From Spirochaetia bacterium (lineage in GTDB: Bacteria > Spirochaetota > Spirochaetia > DSM-2461): a stretch of 64,000 nucleotides of DNA. The notes below the pieces were generated by a model, which worked only from the letters and a program-made list of their open reading frames with translations, was not told the DNA's origin and made no database searches. This document shows positions 37,405 through 47,589 of the stretch, in pieces. The stretch is taken from NCBI GenBank assembly GCA_963668315.1, contig OY764216.1:3712001-3776000 (forward strand), given 5' to 3'. How positions within the stretch are numbered: position 1 is the stretch's first letter; the number at the start of each line of letters is the position of its first letter. The position numbers and the translations under genes were made by a program.

Positions 37405-38460
37405 ATGAAAAACATGATAACCCAAATCCGTCTTCTCATTCTGTTTTCGACCCTTTTGTATGGCGGTTGTACGACGGCATTAACCGATACTGCCATCGCT
37501 CGGAATAGACTCTCTTTTTCAAAAATGGATTTGCCGGCTTTCTCAAAGGAGAAAACAATATCTCTCTCCCGGGAGATGTATACTTCCGATAATACCGCTT
37601 ATCTTCAATCAGTCCTTGATTCCGATGCCGAGCTGATTATTATCCCTTCGTCTCCCGGTCCCTGGTATACGGGGCCTCTTTTTGTAAACAGGGATAACCT
37701 GACGATATGGTTTGAGCCGGAAGCCCGCCTGGAAGCAAAGGAAGGTCTCTTCGAGAACACAGGAGACTGCCTGATCACCATCACCGAAAGAAACCAGATC
37801 TCTCTCATCGGGCCCGGAGGAAATACCGGTTTATATATGAGAAAGCAAGACTACCAGAGTTCATCCTATAAACAGGGAGAATGGCGGCATTGCCTCTCCC
37901 TCAGGAGTACGGAGGATATTTTAGTACAGGGTCTTGTCCTGGCGGAATCGGGGGGGGACGGCATCTATATCGGACAATCCAAAAGGGAAGGAGCGAACAA
38001 TTATTGCTTGAACACCACGATTCGTGACTGCCGCATTCTCAATAATCACCGTCAGGGGATCAGTGTTATATCGGCGGAAAACCTCCTCCTGGAAAATACT
38101 CTCTGCTGGGGGACGAGCGGAACTCTCCCCAAGGCGGGAATCGATTTTGAGCCGAACCGGTCTACCGAGCGCTTTGTCAATTGCCGTGTGGTTAACTGCC
38201 GCTTTGAGGAGAATGCCGGACCGGGCATTCATATTTACCTGAAGAAACTAGACGATACATCAGTTCCTGTGGATATAACGTTAGAGGGTAATTACTGCCG
38301 GGGGAACCTTCTGGGAATCGGAATCAATCTGACTCAGCTGCAGAATAATCCCCCCGGGAAAGTAACTCTAATCAATAATGATTTCGGGAAAAGTCCCTTT
38401 AACAAGATTCCCCGGAACAGATCTATTGAGGTAATAGAGATAAAACAGCAAGATTCATAA
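37405..38460 (+). CDS. Right-handed parallel beta-helix lipoprotein (pectin-lyase-like fold)
   Basis: Lipobox-like LLYGGC; SGGDGIYI, NNHRQGISVIS, PKAGIDFEPN, ENAGPGI repeats. Confidence 0.7.
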   Translation: MKNMITQIRLLILFSTLLYGGCTTALTDTAIARNRLSFSKMDLPAFSKEKTISLSREMYTSDNTAYLQSVLDSDAELIIIPSSPGPWYTGPLFVNRDNLTIWFEPEARLEAKEGLFENTGDCLITITERNQISLIGPGGNTGLYMRKQDYQSSSYKQGEWRHCLSLRSTEDILVQGLVLAESGGDGIYIGQSKREGANNYCLNTTIRDCRILNNHRQGISVISAENLLLENTLCWGTSGTLPKAGIDFEPNRSTERFVNCRVVNCRFEENAGPGIHIYLKKLDDTSVPVDITLEGNYCRGNLLGIGINLTQLQNNPPGKVTLINNDFGKSPFNKIPRNRSIEVIEIKQQDS

Positions 38461-38489
38461 CTGTCAGAAAAAATAGAAAAATCAGGTAT

Positions 38490-39284
38490 TTATAGAAAAA
38501 CGAAATTATCTGAAAACCACTCCACGATTTTTTTCACACGCTTCCGAAAGAAACCTTGGATATTGACGGATATCCCGAATATTCTCTCCTGTTCCGGAGG
38601 ATCGCTGACAAGTACAGCCGTATAAATATAAAGTCCTTCATTACAAGGGATTAAAGCATAGGCCATAATATTCTCGTCCGGTTTGGCAACAGTGAAAAAA
38701 GCCATGACCGTTAGATTTGTTCTATTGGTCGTAGTAAGCAAAGTTCCCTCATCATAGAGCTCACAATGATAATCGAAATAATTCCCCCCGAAATTGACAT
38801 CCTTCTGATAGATAACAAGATCGGTGACACCTGGTACAGATTCAAATTCGAAATCATCCGTTTTTTTCTTACTCCCTTCTTCCCGGGCCGTAAAAGAATC
38901 TTCGATTAAAGTCAATTCTTTCTTACGTGATGAGGAATAGTAACGAAGTCCCTTCTGATCCGATACGTTGAGAAATTTATTCGTTACCTGTCTAATAAAA
39001 TCAGGATGAGACGAGATCCCTTCATCCATAGGGACAAGCATGACCATCTCGACCGTCATTTTAGGATTCAGTTCTCGATAGATTTCATCAATCTTACTTC
39101 CCAGAAAATGATCCGGAAGCCAGAGAAGCCCCTCCTCCCGGGTCGATTCTCTATGGCAGTCTCCCTGCTCTTCCAGCTTATCCAGGGAAGCCTGATCAAG
39201 AGCTTCGGCCAAAGTGGAAAAATCCGGCAGAGCATATAGGGAAAAACTCATGGCCATGATAATAAACAGGATAAATTTTTTCAT
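38490..39284 (-). CDS. Exported spirochaete hypothetical protein (DUF6675-like)
   Basis: Signal peptide; KGLRYYSSSRKK..TLIEDS and QKDVNFG.N pattern recalled from Treponema proteins. Confidence 0.45.
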   Translation of the reverse strand: MKKFILFIIMAMSFSLYALPDFSTLAEALDQASLDKLEEQGDCHRESTREEGLLWLPDHFLGSKIDEIYRELNPKMTVEMVMLVPMDEGISSHPDFIRQVTNKFLNVSDQKGLRYYSSSRKKELTLIEDSFTAREEGSKKKTDDFEFESVPGVTDLVIYQKDVNFGGNYFDYHCELYDEGTLLTTTNRTNLTVMAFFTVAKPDENIMAYALIPCNEGLYIYTAVLVSDPPEQERIFGISVNIQGFFRKRVKKIVEWFSDNFVFL

Positions 39285-40414
39285 TTGACAACATCCTCCT
39301 CAAGAAGATCTAAGGTATTTAGATAGCGACTAATAACGATTTTCTCATCAAATCTCTCTTCTGCCAATTTCCTTGATTCCCGGGACATTTTCTCTCTCTC
39401 TTCCGATTCAAGGGAGATAAAACTTCTCAGAGCCTTTTCCAGGCTCTCTATGGATTTCGGTTCCACCAGATAACCGTTCACTCCCTCGACCACGGTCTCC
39501 CGGCATCCGGGTGAATCGGCCGTTATCAGGGGGCGGCCCATAGCCATCCCTTCGAGAAGAGAACGGGGTGTCCCTTCCCTGTAATAGGAGGGAAGCACCA
39601 CACAGTCAGCCTTCCCGAGTAACTCGGGAACGTTGTCGGACCAGGGGATCCACTCAACCGTCCCGTCCTTTACCCAATGGTCAATTTCATCCTGGGTTAC
39701 AGAGGTCCTATTACCCGGATCGGGTTTTCCCAGAAGCTGAAAGGTTATAAGGGGATAATCTTTTCTGATACTCCGGGCTGCGGCGACATACTGGCAAACT
39801 CCCTTTTCCTTAAGAAGCCGGGCTGACATGATAAAGACGAGTCTGTCCTTAGCCCCCGGGAGAGCGGTATAGGGGAAAAGCTCGATATCAACACCGGAAC
39901 CGGGGAGAAGAGCCGTTTTTTCGGCGGGGACAAGCCGGGCCGCTTTGAACATATCCCAGTCATCGGGGTTTTGAAAGAAAATCCTATCCGCCTTTCCTTG
40001 GCTGAAGCGGTAAAGATTTTCCAGAATAAAACGGACCGGCCCCTTTTTGGCAAAAACGATTCCCAATCCGGCTATGTTATTAATAACTCCTATTTTTTTC
40101 TTCTTAGAAAGGGACGCGGCCGCAAGAGTACCCCATATGTTGGGCTTCGTGGTAAAGTGCAGTACATAATCGACATTCTCCTGCCGATAGATCTCCTGCA
40201 GCGCCTCTTTAAGCCTTAACTCTCCCAGCGGATTGATCCCCTTTCTGGATACCACAACGGGAATATGACGGACAGGAAGTTTTCCGGTATATTCATCGGC
40301 CGGAGAGACGGCGATAACGTCATATCCCTTTCCCTGCAGGGCGATCATGAGATTCCTTCGGAAATTATACAAACTCCAGCCGGTATTGCTGACTAGGGCA
40401 ATTTTTCTGTTCAA
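39281..40414 (-). CDS. GT4 glycosyltransferase (PglA/Cap1E-like, probable second sugar)
   Basis: WSLYNFR, HFTTKPNIWG, GLG, FQNPDD, GSGVD, RLLKEKG, PSYYREGTPRSLLEGMAMG. Confidence 0.85.
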   Translation of the reverse strand: MNRKIALVSNTGWSLYNFRRNLMIALQGKGYDVIAVSPADEYTGKLPVRHIPVVVSRKGINPLGELRLKEALQEIYRQENVDYVLHFTTKPNIWGTLAAASLSKKKKIGVINNIAGLGIVFAKKGPVRFILENLYRFSQGKADRIFFQNPDDWDMFKAARLVPAEKTALLPGSGVDIELFPYTALPGAKDRLVFIMSARLLKEKGVCQYVAAARSIRKDYPLITFQLLGKPDPGNRTSVTQDEIDHWVKDGTVEWIPWSDNVPELLGKADCVVLPSYYREGTPRSLLEGMAMGRPLITADSPGCRETVVEGVNGYLVEPKSIESLEKALRSFISLESEEREKMSRESRKLAEERFDEKIVISRYLNTLDLLEEDVVK

Positions 40415-40423
40415 TAGGGCCTC

Positions 40424-41326
40424 TTATTTTTCAATTCGTTTATCAATCATATCGGCAATCATGCCCATGACTAATATTTGAACACTTGTAACAAAGAGAA
40501 TTGTCACCGTATCGACGGGAGTTTCACTAAAAAGATACCCCATCTTTCCCACGACATAAAAAATCACAGCTAGAAGGAACATGAACAGACTCATGGGAAC
40601 AAATACTTTCAGCGGATTGAAATAGAGAACCGTTCTGATAATAAGAGTTATAAAATTCAGAGTATCCCTGATAGGTTTGATCTTGGATTTACCTTCTCTC
40701 TTAAGATAATCAATAGGGATGTATTTTACTCGATAATTGTTCGTCATCATGGCAAGGGTAATCGTCGTGGTGAAGCTGAAACCGTCGCAGATGATGGGAA
40801 AGAATTTCATGGCGAGATCTTTCCTGAAGATTCTCAGACCCGAATTCAGATCCTCGATTTTATCATCCACGAGATAATTAGCCAGTGACGTGATAAACCA
40901 TTTTGCCGGTTTCGTTAGGGTGGGCAGTTTCTTGAACGATCGTTTTCCCACGACCATGTCATAACCCGCTTCATACTCTCCGAAAAGATCGGGAATGCGG
41001 TTATTGGGATAGGTGGCATCCGCATCGGTAATGCAGATATTGTCATACCGCGAAGAGCGGATACCGGTTTTAAGAGAAGCGCCGTAGCCCTTATTCACTT
41101 CGTGGGAGACGACTCTGAGGGTTTCTCCGTACTGGGGATTCTCCTTCAGGAAGCCTTCCAGTACTTCCAGAGAACCATCTTTGGAACCGTCATTAACGGT
41201 AATAATCTCATACTCGAGCTCGGAAGTATCCATTATATCTTTTACTTCCCTTACCGTATCGATAATAGCGTTCTTCTCGTTATATACGGGAATGATGATG
41301 GATAATTTTTTTTCTACTTTACTCAT
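40424..41326 (-). CDS. GT2 polyprenol-phosphate glycosyltransferase (GtrB/DPM1-like)
   Basis: SIIIPVYNE, VNDGSKD, NKGYGASLKTG, DADATY, DLNSGLR, R.GKSK, two C-terminal TMs. Confidence 0.85.
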   Translation of the reverse strand: MSKVEKKLSIIIPVYNEKNAIIDTVREVKDIMDTSELEYEIITVNDGSKDGSLEVLEGFLKENPQYGETLRVVSHEVNKGYGASLKTGIRSSRYDNICITDADATYPNNRIPDLFGEYEAGYDMVVGKRSFKKLPTLTKPAKWFITSLANYLVDDKIEDLNSGLRIFRKDLAMKFFPIICDGFSFTTTITLAMMTNNYRVKYIPIDYLKREGKSKIKPIRDTLNFITLIIRTVLYFNPLKVFVPMSLFMFLLAVIFYVVGKMGYLFSETPVDTVTILFVTSVQILVMGMIADMIDKRIEK

Positions 41327-41761
41327 TTATCTGTCCTTCTCTTTATCATAGAAGACCCAACGGTCAAAAACAAAATATTTTACTATCATAAGAACACCCG
41401 TCACCATAAAGATGGAGATCTGGTATGACCAGGGGGCGATGTGATTCAGTCCCAGAACCATAAAATAATCGGCTCCATTAAAAAAAGCCACAAACAGGAC
41501 ATAGCGGAAAAACCTTTCTGCCAGACGTCCCTTGACTCTGAACGTAACGAATACATTATAACAGAAATTATAACATATAACTATAGCGAGGGTGATACCG
41601 TAGGCGGCGGCAAAGGGTAAAACCATTTTCTCGGAAAGCAGCCAGGAAAGAGAGGCCTTGAGAAGATAACTTACTCCGCCGCCGGCTATGAAAAGAGCAA
41701 ATTTCCGTGAAAAAAGACGAATGAAAAGATTTTTGGCCGTGGTTGATATCATACTATTCAT
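41327..41761 (-). CDS. GtrA-like small flippase
   Basis: 144 aa with four TMs, KFALFIAGG, YN..VTF, RFFRY, RWVF. Confidence 0.7.
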   Translation of the reverse strand: MNSMISTTAKNLFIRLFSRKFALFIAGGGVSYLLKASLSWLLSEKMVLPFAAAYGITLAIVICYNFCYNVFVTFRVKGRLAERFFRYVLFVAFFNGADYFMVLGLNHIAPWSYQISIFMVTGVLMIVKYFVFDRWVFYDKEKDR

Positions 41762-43289
41762 TCACCAGTTCAAAGGGTTCACGGAAAAATGTCATGATGG
41801 AATCAGATGAATCCGGAGTAGCGCCTCCATAATCAAGCCACCTGTACTCCAGCCCGTCATCCGTTTTTTCTGAATAATCCGGATACATCCCTACTCCCTT
41901 GGGAAGTTTCAGGTACAAACGGTTAACCGTATCAATACTTTTTCTGCTGTTTCGCTTCTCTCTGATATTTTCCGGGCCTATCAGCCACGATCTCAGAAGG
42001 ACATGATTATCGGTAGCTTCGTTAATTTCCCGTTCCCATGATCCCATTTTCGCCAGCATATGTTCCTGCGGTTTAAAGGGATTATGAAGATATTCCGAAG
42101 CGGCTTTCGGGAGAACAGGCAGGAAAAGAGAAAGAACGACGAGGAGCATGAGCAGAGCAGTAAAGATTAAGACGGAGCTGTAGTTTACGGCCCACGAGGG
42201 GAGTCCCCGTCTTCTCAGAGGATTAATTCCCACGAGAACCCTGCTGACAAGGAGAGCCAGCAAGGGCAGTATGGAGGAAAAATATCGGGGATGATAGTTC
42301 TCAAAGGATTTTACCGGATGTATTGAAGTAACCCCGAAGGTTATGAAAATCACAAAAAAGGCGATGATCAATAATATGATCTTAACAGCTTTCTTCGATT
42401 CGGGATCTTTTTTCAGAAGATAGGCCGATGAAGCCAAGCCTCCCCAGAACAGAAACTGCCAGTAAAAGGGGAAATGATGCAGATTATACCGTTTATACAG
42501 ACCCCAGAAAGTACCGTCCCCATGCACTCCGCTGATCTCCATAGTGCTGTTACCAAGGTGGGTATGAACAATGATTCCCAGCCGTCCCAAAGGTTCCCCG
42601 AGAAGAAGAAAATACGCGAGGTGTTCTACAGAGTAAAGACCCGCCAGGATAACACCGTAAATCAAAAACGGCTTAAATCCTTTATATCTGATAATCAGAA
42701 TGAGCCAGGGGAAAAGGAAATAAAGATTCGTGATCTTTGTGAGGTAGGATATAAACATGAATAGAATGGAAAGAAGAAACCAGAGGGGCCCCCTGCCCGC
42801 TTCCTTTGCATTTTGCGGATTAAGATACATCATCAGGAAAAGAAGGCTTAGAAGGATATAATTCATGGAGAATACACCGAGAAAAAGCTGGCTTCCCATT
42901 CTGATCATATAGGGGAAGAACTGGATAATGACAAGAGAGAGAAAAGCCGATTGTCTATCAAAAAAACGCTTGCCGGTCCAGAATACGGTATAGTTCAGCA
43001 AAACGCACATCAGAACGGAAGGAAGATAGATAACCCATGGCCTCAACCCAAAAATCAGCTGTACGAGAACCGTGGGAAGGATTATGCCCCATCGGACGGA
43101 ACGGTGAAAATACAGCTCGTAGGGATATCCCTGAAGGATGGATTTTCCGTAATACCAGTAGTCAATATTATCACCGCCAACATTGACCTCCATAAGAGTC
43201 AGATATCGTAGAATGAGAGTACCTAAAGCCATTAAAGCAAGAATTTTGCCGTCAATTCTCCGCTCATGGTCTTTTTCAAGTGTATCCAA
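41754..43289 (-). CDS. Polytopic membrane GT-C glycosyltransferase (PMT/ArnT-like)
   Basis: Acidic first loop GGDNIDY, ~11 TMs, SYLTKIT, HPRYF; next to GtrA and GtrB-like genes. Confidence 0.6.
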   Translation of the reverse strand: MDTLEKDHERRIDGKILALMALGTLILRYLTLMEVNVGGDNIDYWYYGKSILQGYPYELYFHRSVRWGIILPTVLVQLIFGLRPWVIYLPSVLMCVLLNYTVFWTGKRFFDRQSAFLSLVIIQFFPYMIRMGSQLFLGVFSMNYILLSLLFLMMYLNPQNAKEAGRGPLWFLLSILFMFISYLTKITNLYFLFPWLILIIRYKGFKPFLIYGVILAGLYSVEHLAYFLLLGEPLGRLGIIVHTHLGNSTMEISGVHGDGTFWGLYKRYNLHHFPFYWQFLFWGGLASSAYLLKKDPESKKAVKIILLIIAFFVIFITFGVTSIHPVKSFENYHPRYFSSILPLLALLVSRVLVGINPLRRRGLPSWAVNYSSVLIFTALLMLLVVLSLFLPVLPKAASEYLHNPFKPQEHMLAKMGSWEREINEATDNHVLLRSWLIGPENIREKRNSRKSIDTVNRLYLKLPKGVGMYPDYSEKTDDGLEYRWLDYGGATPDSSDSIMTFFREPFELVNE

Positions 43290-43300
43290 GAGATTTCTCC

Positions 43301-44515
43301 TTATTTTCTGTTGTTCTCTATGGCGTCCCGATAATTTTTTTCGGCCAGACCGGCTTGAACGGACCGATCAAATTTCTCGGCGATTCGTCGGCAGGCCGCC
43401 TTAACAACCTCCCGAATAGAGTCGTTGTAATGATCTAACACATACCCTACCTTCTCTGCCATGAGCTCAGAACTGCCCGTTTTAACGATAAAACCGGATC
43501 TTTCATCCTCTATCAGATCGGATATTCCCGAATGGTTAAAGGCGACGACAGGACAACCGGAAGCCATGGCCTCTTTCAGCACATTCGGGATTCCTTCGAT
43601 ATCGCCCGATTCGGAGACGATGCTCGTGCCAAGCAGGACATGGGATTCTCCCATGATGTGCGCCGTTTCCTCAGGCGTTTTCCAGCCCGCGAAATCAATG
43701 TAATCCAGAATACCCTTTTCCCGGGCCATATGGGAGAGAGTCTCTCGGAGAGGACCGTCACCAACGATTCTTAACCTTATCGCAGGATATCTTTCCCTTA
43801 GCAGCGAGACAACATCCAGCGCATATTGAAAACCTTTTTTTTCAACGAGCCGACCGACACAGAGCAAATTGATACAGTCATTGATCGACCGGGCCCTGAA
43901 GGGAAAGGCGTTCATATCAATGGCGGAATAATACACCCGGATTTTCTCGTCCGGAAAACCCAGGTTCTTGAGAATGGGAAGGAAGGCGGACGTAACCGGT
44001 AAAAACAAGTCTCCCTTCTCTTTTAATATACGATAAATGCGGGGATATTTTTTCAAATGGGAACTTATATCGGAACCTCGAAATGAAGTTGCGGCGACTC
44101 CCATTTCCCTATTAAAACTCTTCAAGAGCAACGCGAGATTCCCCAGGGGGCCGAACTGACCATGGATGACATCAAAGGACTTACCTCGCAAAGCATCGGC
44201 TGCCATAATGCTCCGGAGGACAGAATAGTCTCCGGTTTTTATGAGAAAGCCGATGGTCTTCCAGAATCGCCCCGGCTGAAGAAAAAAAGCTTTAGAAAGA
44301 GAGAAGATAATTCTTGAGAAAACGATCTTACGGTTCCCCAAGCCGAAGTATATAATCTTAACGGGTGTCTTAACCGGAACAGAGGAATCGGCCTTTTTCC
44401 CGTTTTTTGCCAGAACCGTGACGTCATGCCCCTTTTCTGCCAACCCTTCCACATGATTTCGTATAAATGTCTGGGATCGGCTCGGGTAGGTATTAGTCAA
44501 TATTAGGATCTTCAT
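43301..44515 (-). CDS. GT4 glycosyltransferase (WcaL/AmsK-like)
   Basis: YPSRSQTFI, HGQFG, SFRGSDIS, VGRLVEKKG, GDIEGIPNVLKEAMASG. Confidence 0.85.
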   Translation of the reverse strand: MKILILTNTYPSRSQTFIRNHVEGLAEKGHDVTVLAKNGKKADSSVPVKTPVKIIYFGLGNRKIVFSRIIFSLSKAFFLQPGRFWKTIGFLIKTGDYSVLRSIMAADALRGKSFDVIHGQFGPLGNLALLLKSFNREMGVAATSFRGSDISSHLKKYPRIYRILKEKGDLFLPVTSAFLPILKNLGFPDEKIRVYYSAIDMNAFPFRARSINDCINLLCVGRLVEKKGFQYALDVVSLLRERYPAIRLRIVGDGPLRETLSHMAREKGILDYIDFAGWKTPEETAHIMGESHVLLGTSIVSESGDIEGIPNVLKEAMASGCPVVAFNHSGISDLIEDERSGFIVKTGSSELMAEKVGYVLDHYNDSIREVVKAACRRIAEKFDRSVQAGLAEKNYRDAIENNRK

Positions 44516-46347
44516 TCTTTTGTATCATTCTCCATGGCCAGGCGGCGAAAATCCAGATCATGTTCCAGTAAGTCATCGTAAGTTCCCTGATTAAGGATCC
44601 GACCGTCTTTCAAGAGAATAATTCTATCACAATCTTTCACAGTTGATAAACGATGGGCGACGATTATTATCGTTTTTTCACCGGAAAGACGATCAATGGA
44701 ATCCATAATGGCTTTCTCGGTTAAATTATCCATAGCGCTCGTCGCCTCGTCAAAAATGAGAACGTCCGGATTATGATAAAGAGCTCGGGCTATGACGATT
44801 CTCTGAGCCTGTCCTCCTGAAAGACGGACGCCCCTTTCCCCGACTTCGGTTTGATAGCCGTCAGGCAGAGACATAATCGTATTGTGGATTTCTGCCGCCT
44901 GAGCACATTTCATCAACTGCTCTTCATCAATCCCTGCTGAGTTAATACCAAAGGCGATATTCTCGGCAATGGTTCCATCGAGTAAATACACATCCTGAGA
45001 AACCAGCCCCAAATTATGACGCCAGCCAGAGACACAATCCTGATGAATAATGGTATCATCAATTTTAAGATATCCCTTCTGGGGAAACAGTAAGCCGATT
45101 ATAAGATTCAGAAGAGTTGTCTTTCCCGATCCGGAAAACCCGACGATTCCCAGCTTTTCCTTACTTTTAATTGTTAAGTTAAAGTCATGAAATATCTGTT
45201 TATCCTTTTCGGGAAAGGCATAGTTGATATTTCTCAATTCAAGAGTATTCACCAGGGGGATCCTGTTATTGACAGCGGGAAGCTGATCTTCTGCCACTAG
45301 TTCCTTACGCAAATTCTTCAGCGATTCAACTCCCGAAACAACGGCGTTCAAGGATCGGGAGATTTGCTGAAGAGAGGGAAGAAGTCTGTATCCGGCAAAA
45401 GCATAGAGGGTGATCGTTGGCAGATGCTCTATCAGTTTGCTGTCATGGGATTTGATCATAATCAACAGCAACCCGAACAGACAAAAAACAACCGTCTCCA
45501 CCGTATAACGGGGCAGAACGGTATAGGCGTCCTGACGAACCGTATTACGGGCAATACGTCGGGCATTATCAATAAAACGATTTAAATAAAAACGCTCCTT
45601 ATCCCTGACCTTGACTTCCTTGATACCGGAAAACATATTGTTGAGAAGAATGAAACGGTCCTTGTTCAGATCAAATCTTTTCTTCCCCAGAAATTTCAGT
45701 CTGTTCTTAAATACAAGATAAAGAATGTAGTATAGTCCGCCCAGAAAACTGAAGATAATTATCGCCATAAGCCAATTTTGAATACCCAATACAATAAGCA
45801 GTCCCAGTGTGAGAAATAGATTGGAGAAAATAATCAAAATACTATTAATGACTTTCTGCGAAATTTGCTGAACTTCATCTATGATGAGACGGGGAAAATC
45901 GGAAGTGTTACGATTTAAAAACCAGACATAATCCTTAGCCAGATAGTTATTTACCAATTTGGTGCTGAATGATTTATTCAATCTTGTATAGAATATTGAC
46001 CTGCTTAAGTAGGTTAAGAAGCTGAATGCATTCTTCACAACGGTCAGAACGATAAATCCGATTCCCATAAAATAGAATAATTCTTTTCCAGAGAAACCGG
46101 TAATCTGTGAAATGATTCTAATTGATGTTGAAGAGGTGTTACTTTCATTGACGGCCAGTGATAATAAGGGAGAGACGGCCCCTACGCCCAGCATTTCAAA
46201 AACCGAATTTATTATCATTATCAAAATGAGAAGCTGAAAGCCCCTCCGCTGTTTGTTTGTAAAAAGAGAATTTATAATCCCAAACTGATTAAATAATTTC
46301 TGTGTTTTCCCCATATGACGCTTGATAGGAATCTCCTTGTTACCCAA
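44512..46347 (-). CDS. PglK/HetA-type ABC transporter (lipid-linked glycan flippase) 1
   Basis: 6-TM domain plus NBD: GFSGSGKTT, LSGGQAQR, IFDEATSAMD, VAHRL; start uncertain (TTG 46347 with SD, or ATG 46314). Confidence 0.8.
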   Translation of the reverse strand: MGNKEIPIKRHMGKTQKLFNQFGIINSLFTNKQRRGFQLLILIMIINSVFEMLGVGAVSPLLSLAVNESNTSSTSIRIISQITGFSGKELFYFMGIGFIVLTVVKNAFSFLTYLSRSIFYTRLNKSFSTKLVNNYLAKDYVWFLNRNTSDFPRLIIDEVQQISQKVINSILIIFSNLFLTLGLLIVLGIQNWLMAIIIFSFLGGLYYILYLVFKNRLKFLGKKRFDLNKDRFILLNNMFSGIKEVKVRDKERFYLNRFIDNARRIARNTVRQDAYTVLPRYTVETVVFCLFGLLLIMIKSHDSKLIEHLPTITLYAFAGYRLLPSLQQISRSLNAVVSGVESLKNLRKELVAEDQLPAVNNRIPLVNTLELRNINYAFPEKDKQIFHDFNLTIKSKEKLGIVGFSGSGKTTLLNLIIGLLFPQKGYLKIDDTIIHQDCVSGWRHNLGLVSQDVYLLDGTIAENIAFGINSAGIDEEQLMKCAQAAEIHNTIMSLPDGYQTEVGERGVRLSGGQAQRIVIARALYHNPDVLIFDEATSAMDNLTEKAIMDSIDRLSGEKTIIIVAHRLSTVKDCDRIILLKDGRILNQGTYDDLLEHDLDFRRLAMENDTKE

Positions 46348-46449
46348 TATATTAACTCCCTTGTGACAAGTCAATTCTTATTAGATTAACGTTACATAAA
46401 CTCCATCCAGGTTCTGTACAAGGAGCCTTTATCATGATATTTTCTAGCT

Positions 46450-47559
46450 ATGAATAAACCAAAGATCGGTATATTTACACGCCCGATAGATCAGGGATAC
46501 AGCGGCAGCGGACATCATCTTCTAGAAATGGTGACCCATGTTCTCAAACAGAATGAAGGACAATTCGAGATTAAACTCCTCCATTATGAGAAAAATGATC
46601 GGCCCATCTATAAGGAAGCGGAAGAGATCATTCTACCCCGGAATCCTCTCAAGGCTTCGGCTATCCTAAAGAAGTATAATTTTGATCTACTCCATTACAG
46701 TCCCCTAACCCCCTATGCTCCCATTTGGGGCTTATCCTGTAAAAAAGTGGGAACTGTCCATGGCGCAGAGCCTGATCTTTTACCACATCTGTATCCCTTT
46801 AAGGCAAAGTTTCATTCCCGTGTGACAAAACCCTGGCTGTGCCGGAGAATGGATCATATCATCACGGTTTCTGAAACGAGCCGGGATTATTTTTCTCATA
46901 ACTACCGTGTTCCGAAGGAACGTTTCTCCGTCTGCTATAATGCGGTGAATCCGAACTATCACATTATTGAAAAAGAAAACTGTACCGTGAAAGAGAAAAT
47001 GAATACGGGGGCCCATTTTATTCTTCATATAAGCAATTATTCGGAACGGAAAAACCCCTGGACGATGATTGAGGCTTTCTCCAAGCTTCTCAAACAGGAC
47101 CGGTTTACAGAGTATAAACTGGTACTGGCCGGGAACCGCTGGGGCAATGAGGAGACAAAGGGCTACGCAGACAAACTGGGAATTAAAGATAAAGTGATAT
47201 TTCCCGGATTTATATCAGAACAGGATGCGGTGGAACTATTTAATACGGCCGATCTTTTCCTTTTTCCCTCACTGGCCGAAGGATACGGGATGCCCAATGT
47301 GGAAGCCATGGCCTGCGGCTGCCCGGTTATAACCAGTGATGTCTTTGCCCTGCCGGAAATTGTGGGTGATGCGGCTCTGGTGGTGAAAGATCCTAAGGAT
47401 ACGGAGGAGCTCACTAAGCTGATGTCAGGCGTTTTATCAAACAGCAATCTCAGAGATGACCTGATTGCGAAGGGACTGAAGAGGGCGCAAAGCTTTTCCT
47501 GGGTGAAAAGTGCGGATACGCTACTAGGGGTTTACGGGGATTTGCTGGGGGGAAATTGA
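46450..47559 (+). CDS. GT4 glycosyltransferase (MtfB/WbaZ-like)
   Basis: TVHG, ITVSETS, ERKN, FPSLAEGYGMPNVEAMACGCPVI, FSW. Confidence 0.85.
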   Translation: MNKPKIGIFTRPIDQGYSGSGHHLLEMVTHVLKQNEGQFEIKLLHYEKNDRPIYKEAEEIILPRNPLKASAILKKYNFDLLHYSPLTPYAPIWGLSCKKVGTVHGAEPDLLPHLYPFKAKFHSRVTKPWLCRRMDHIITVSETSRDYFSHNYRVPKERFSVCYNAVNPNYHIIEKENCTVKEKMNTGAHFILHISNYSERKNPWTMIEAFSKLLKQDRFTEYKLVLAGNRWGNEETKGYADKLGIKDKVIFPGFISEQDAVELFNTADLFLFPSLAEGYGMPNVEAMACGCPVITSDVFALPEIVGDAALVVKDPKDTEELTKLMSGVLSNSNLRDDLIAKGLKRAQSFSWVKSADTLLGVYGDLLGGN

Positions 47560-47589
47560 GGACGGGTAATTTTTCACCCCCAACTTTAC

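Noticed and set aside
46420..46457. SD-led mini-ORF MIFSSYE overlapping the GT4 start
   Set aside because: It coincides with the predicted promoter, so it is probably not transcribed; likely chance
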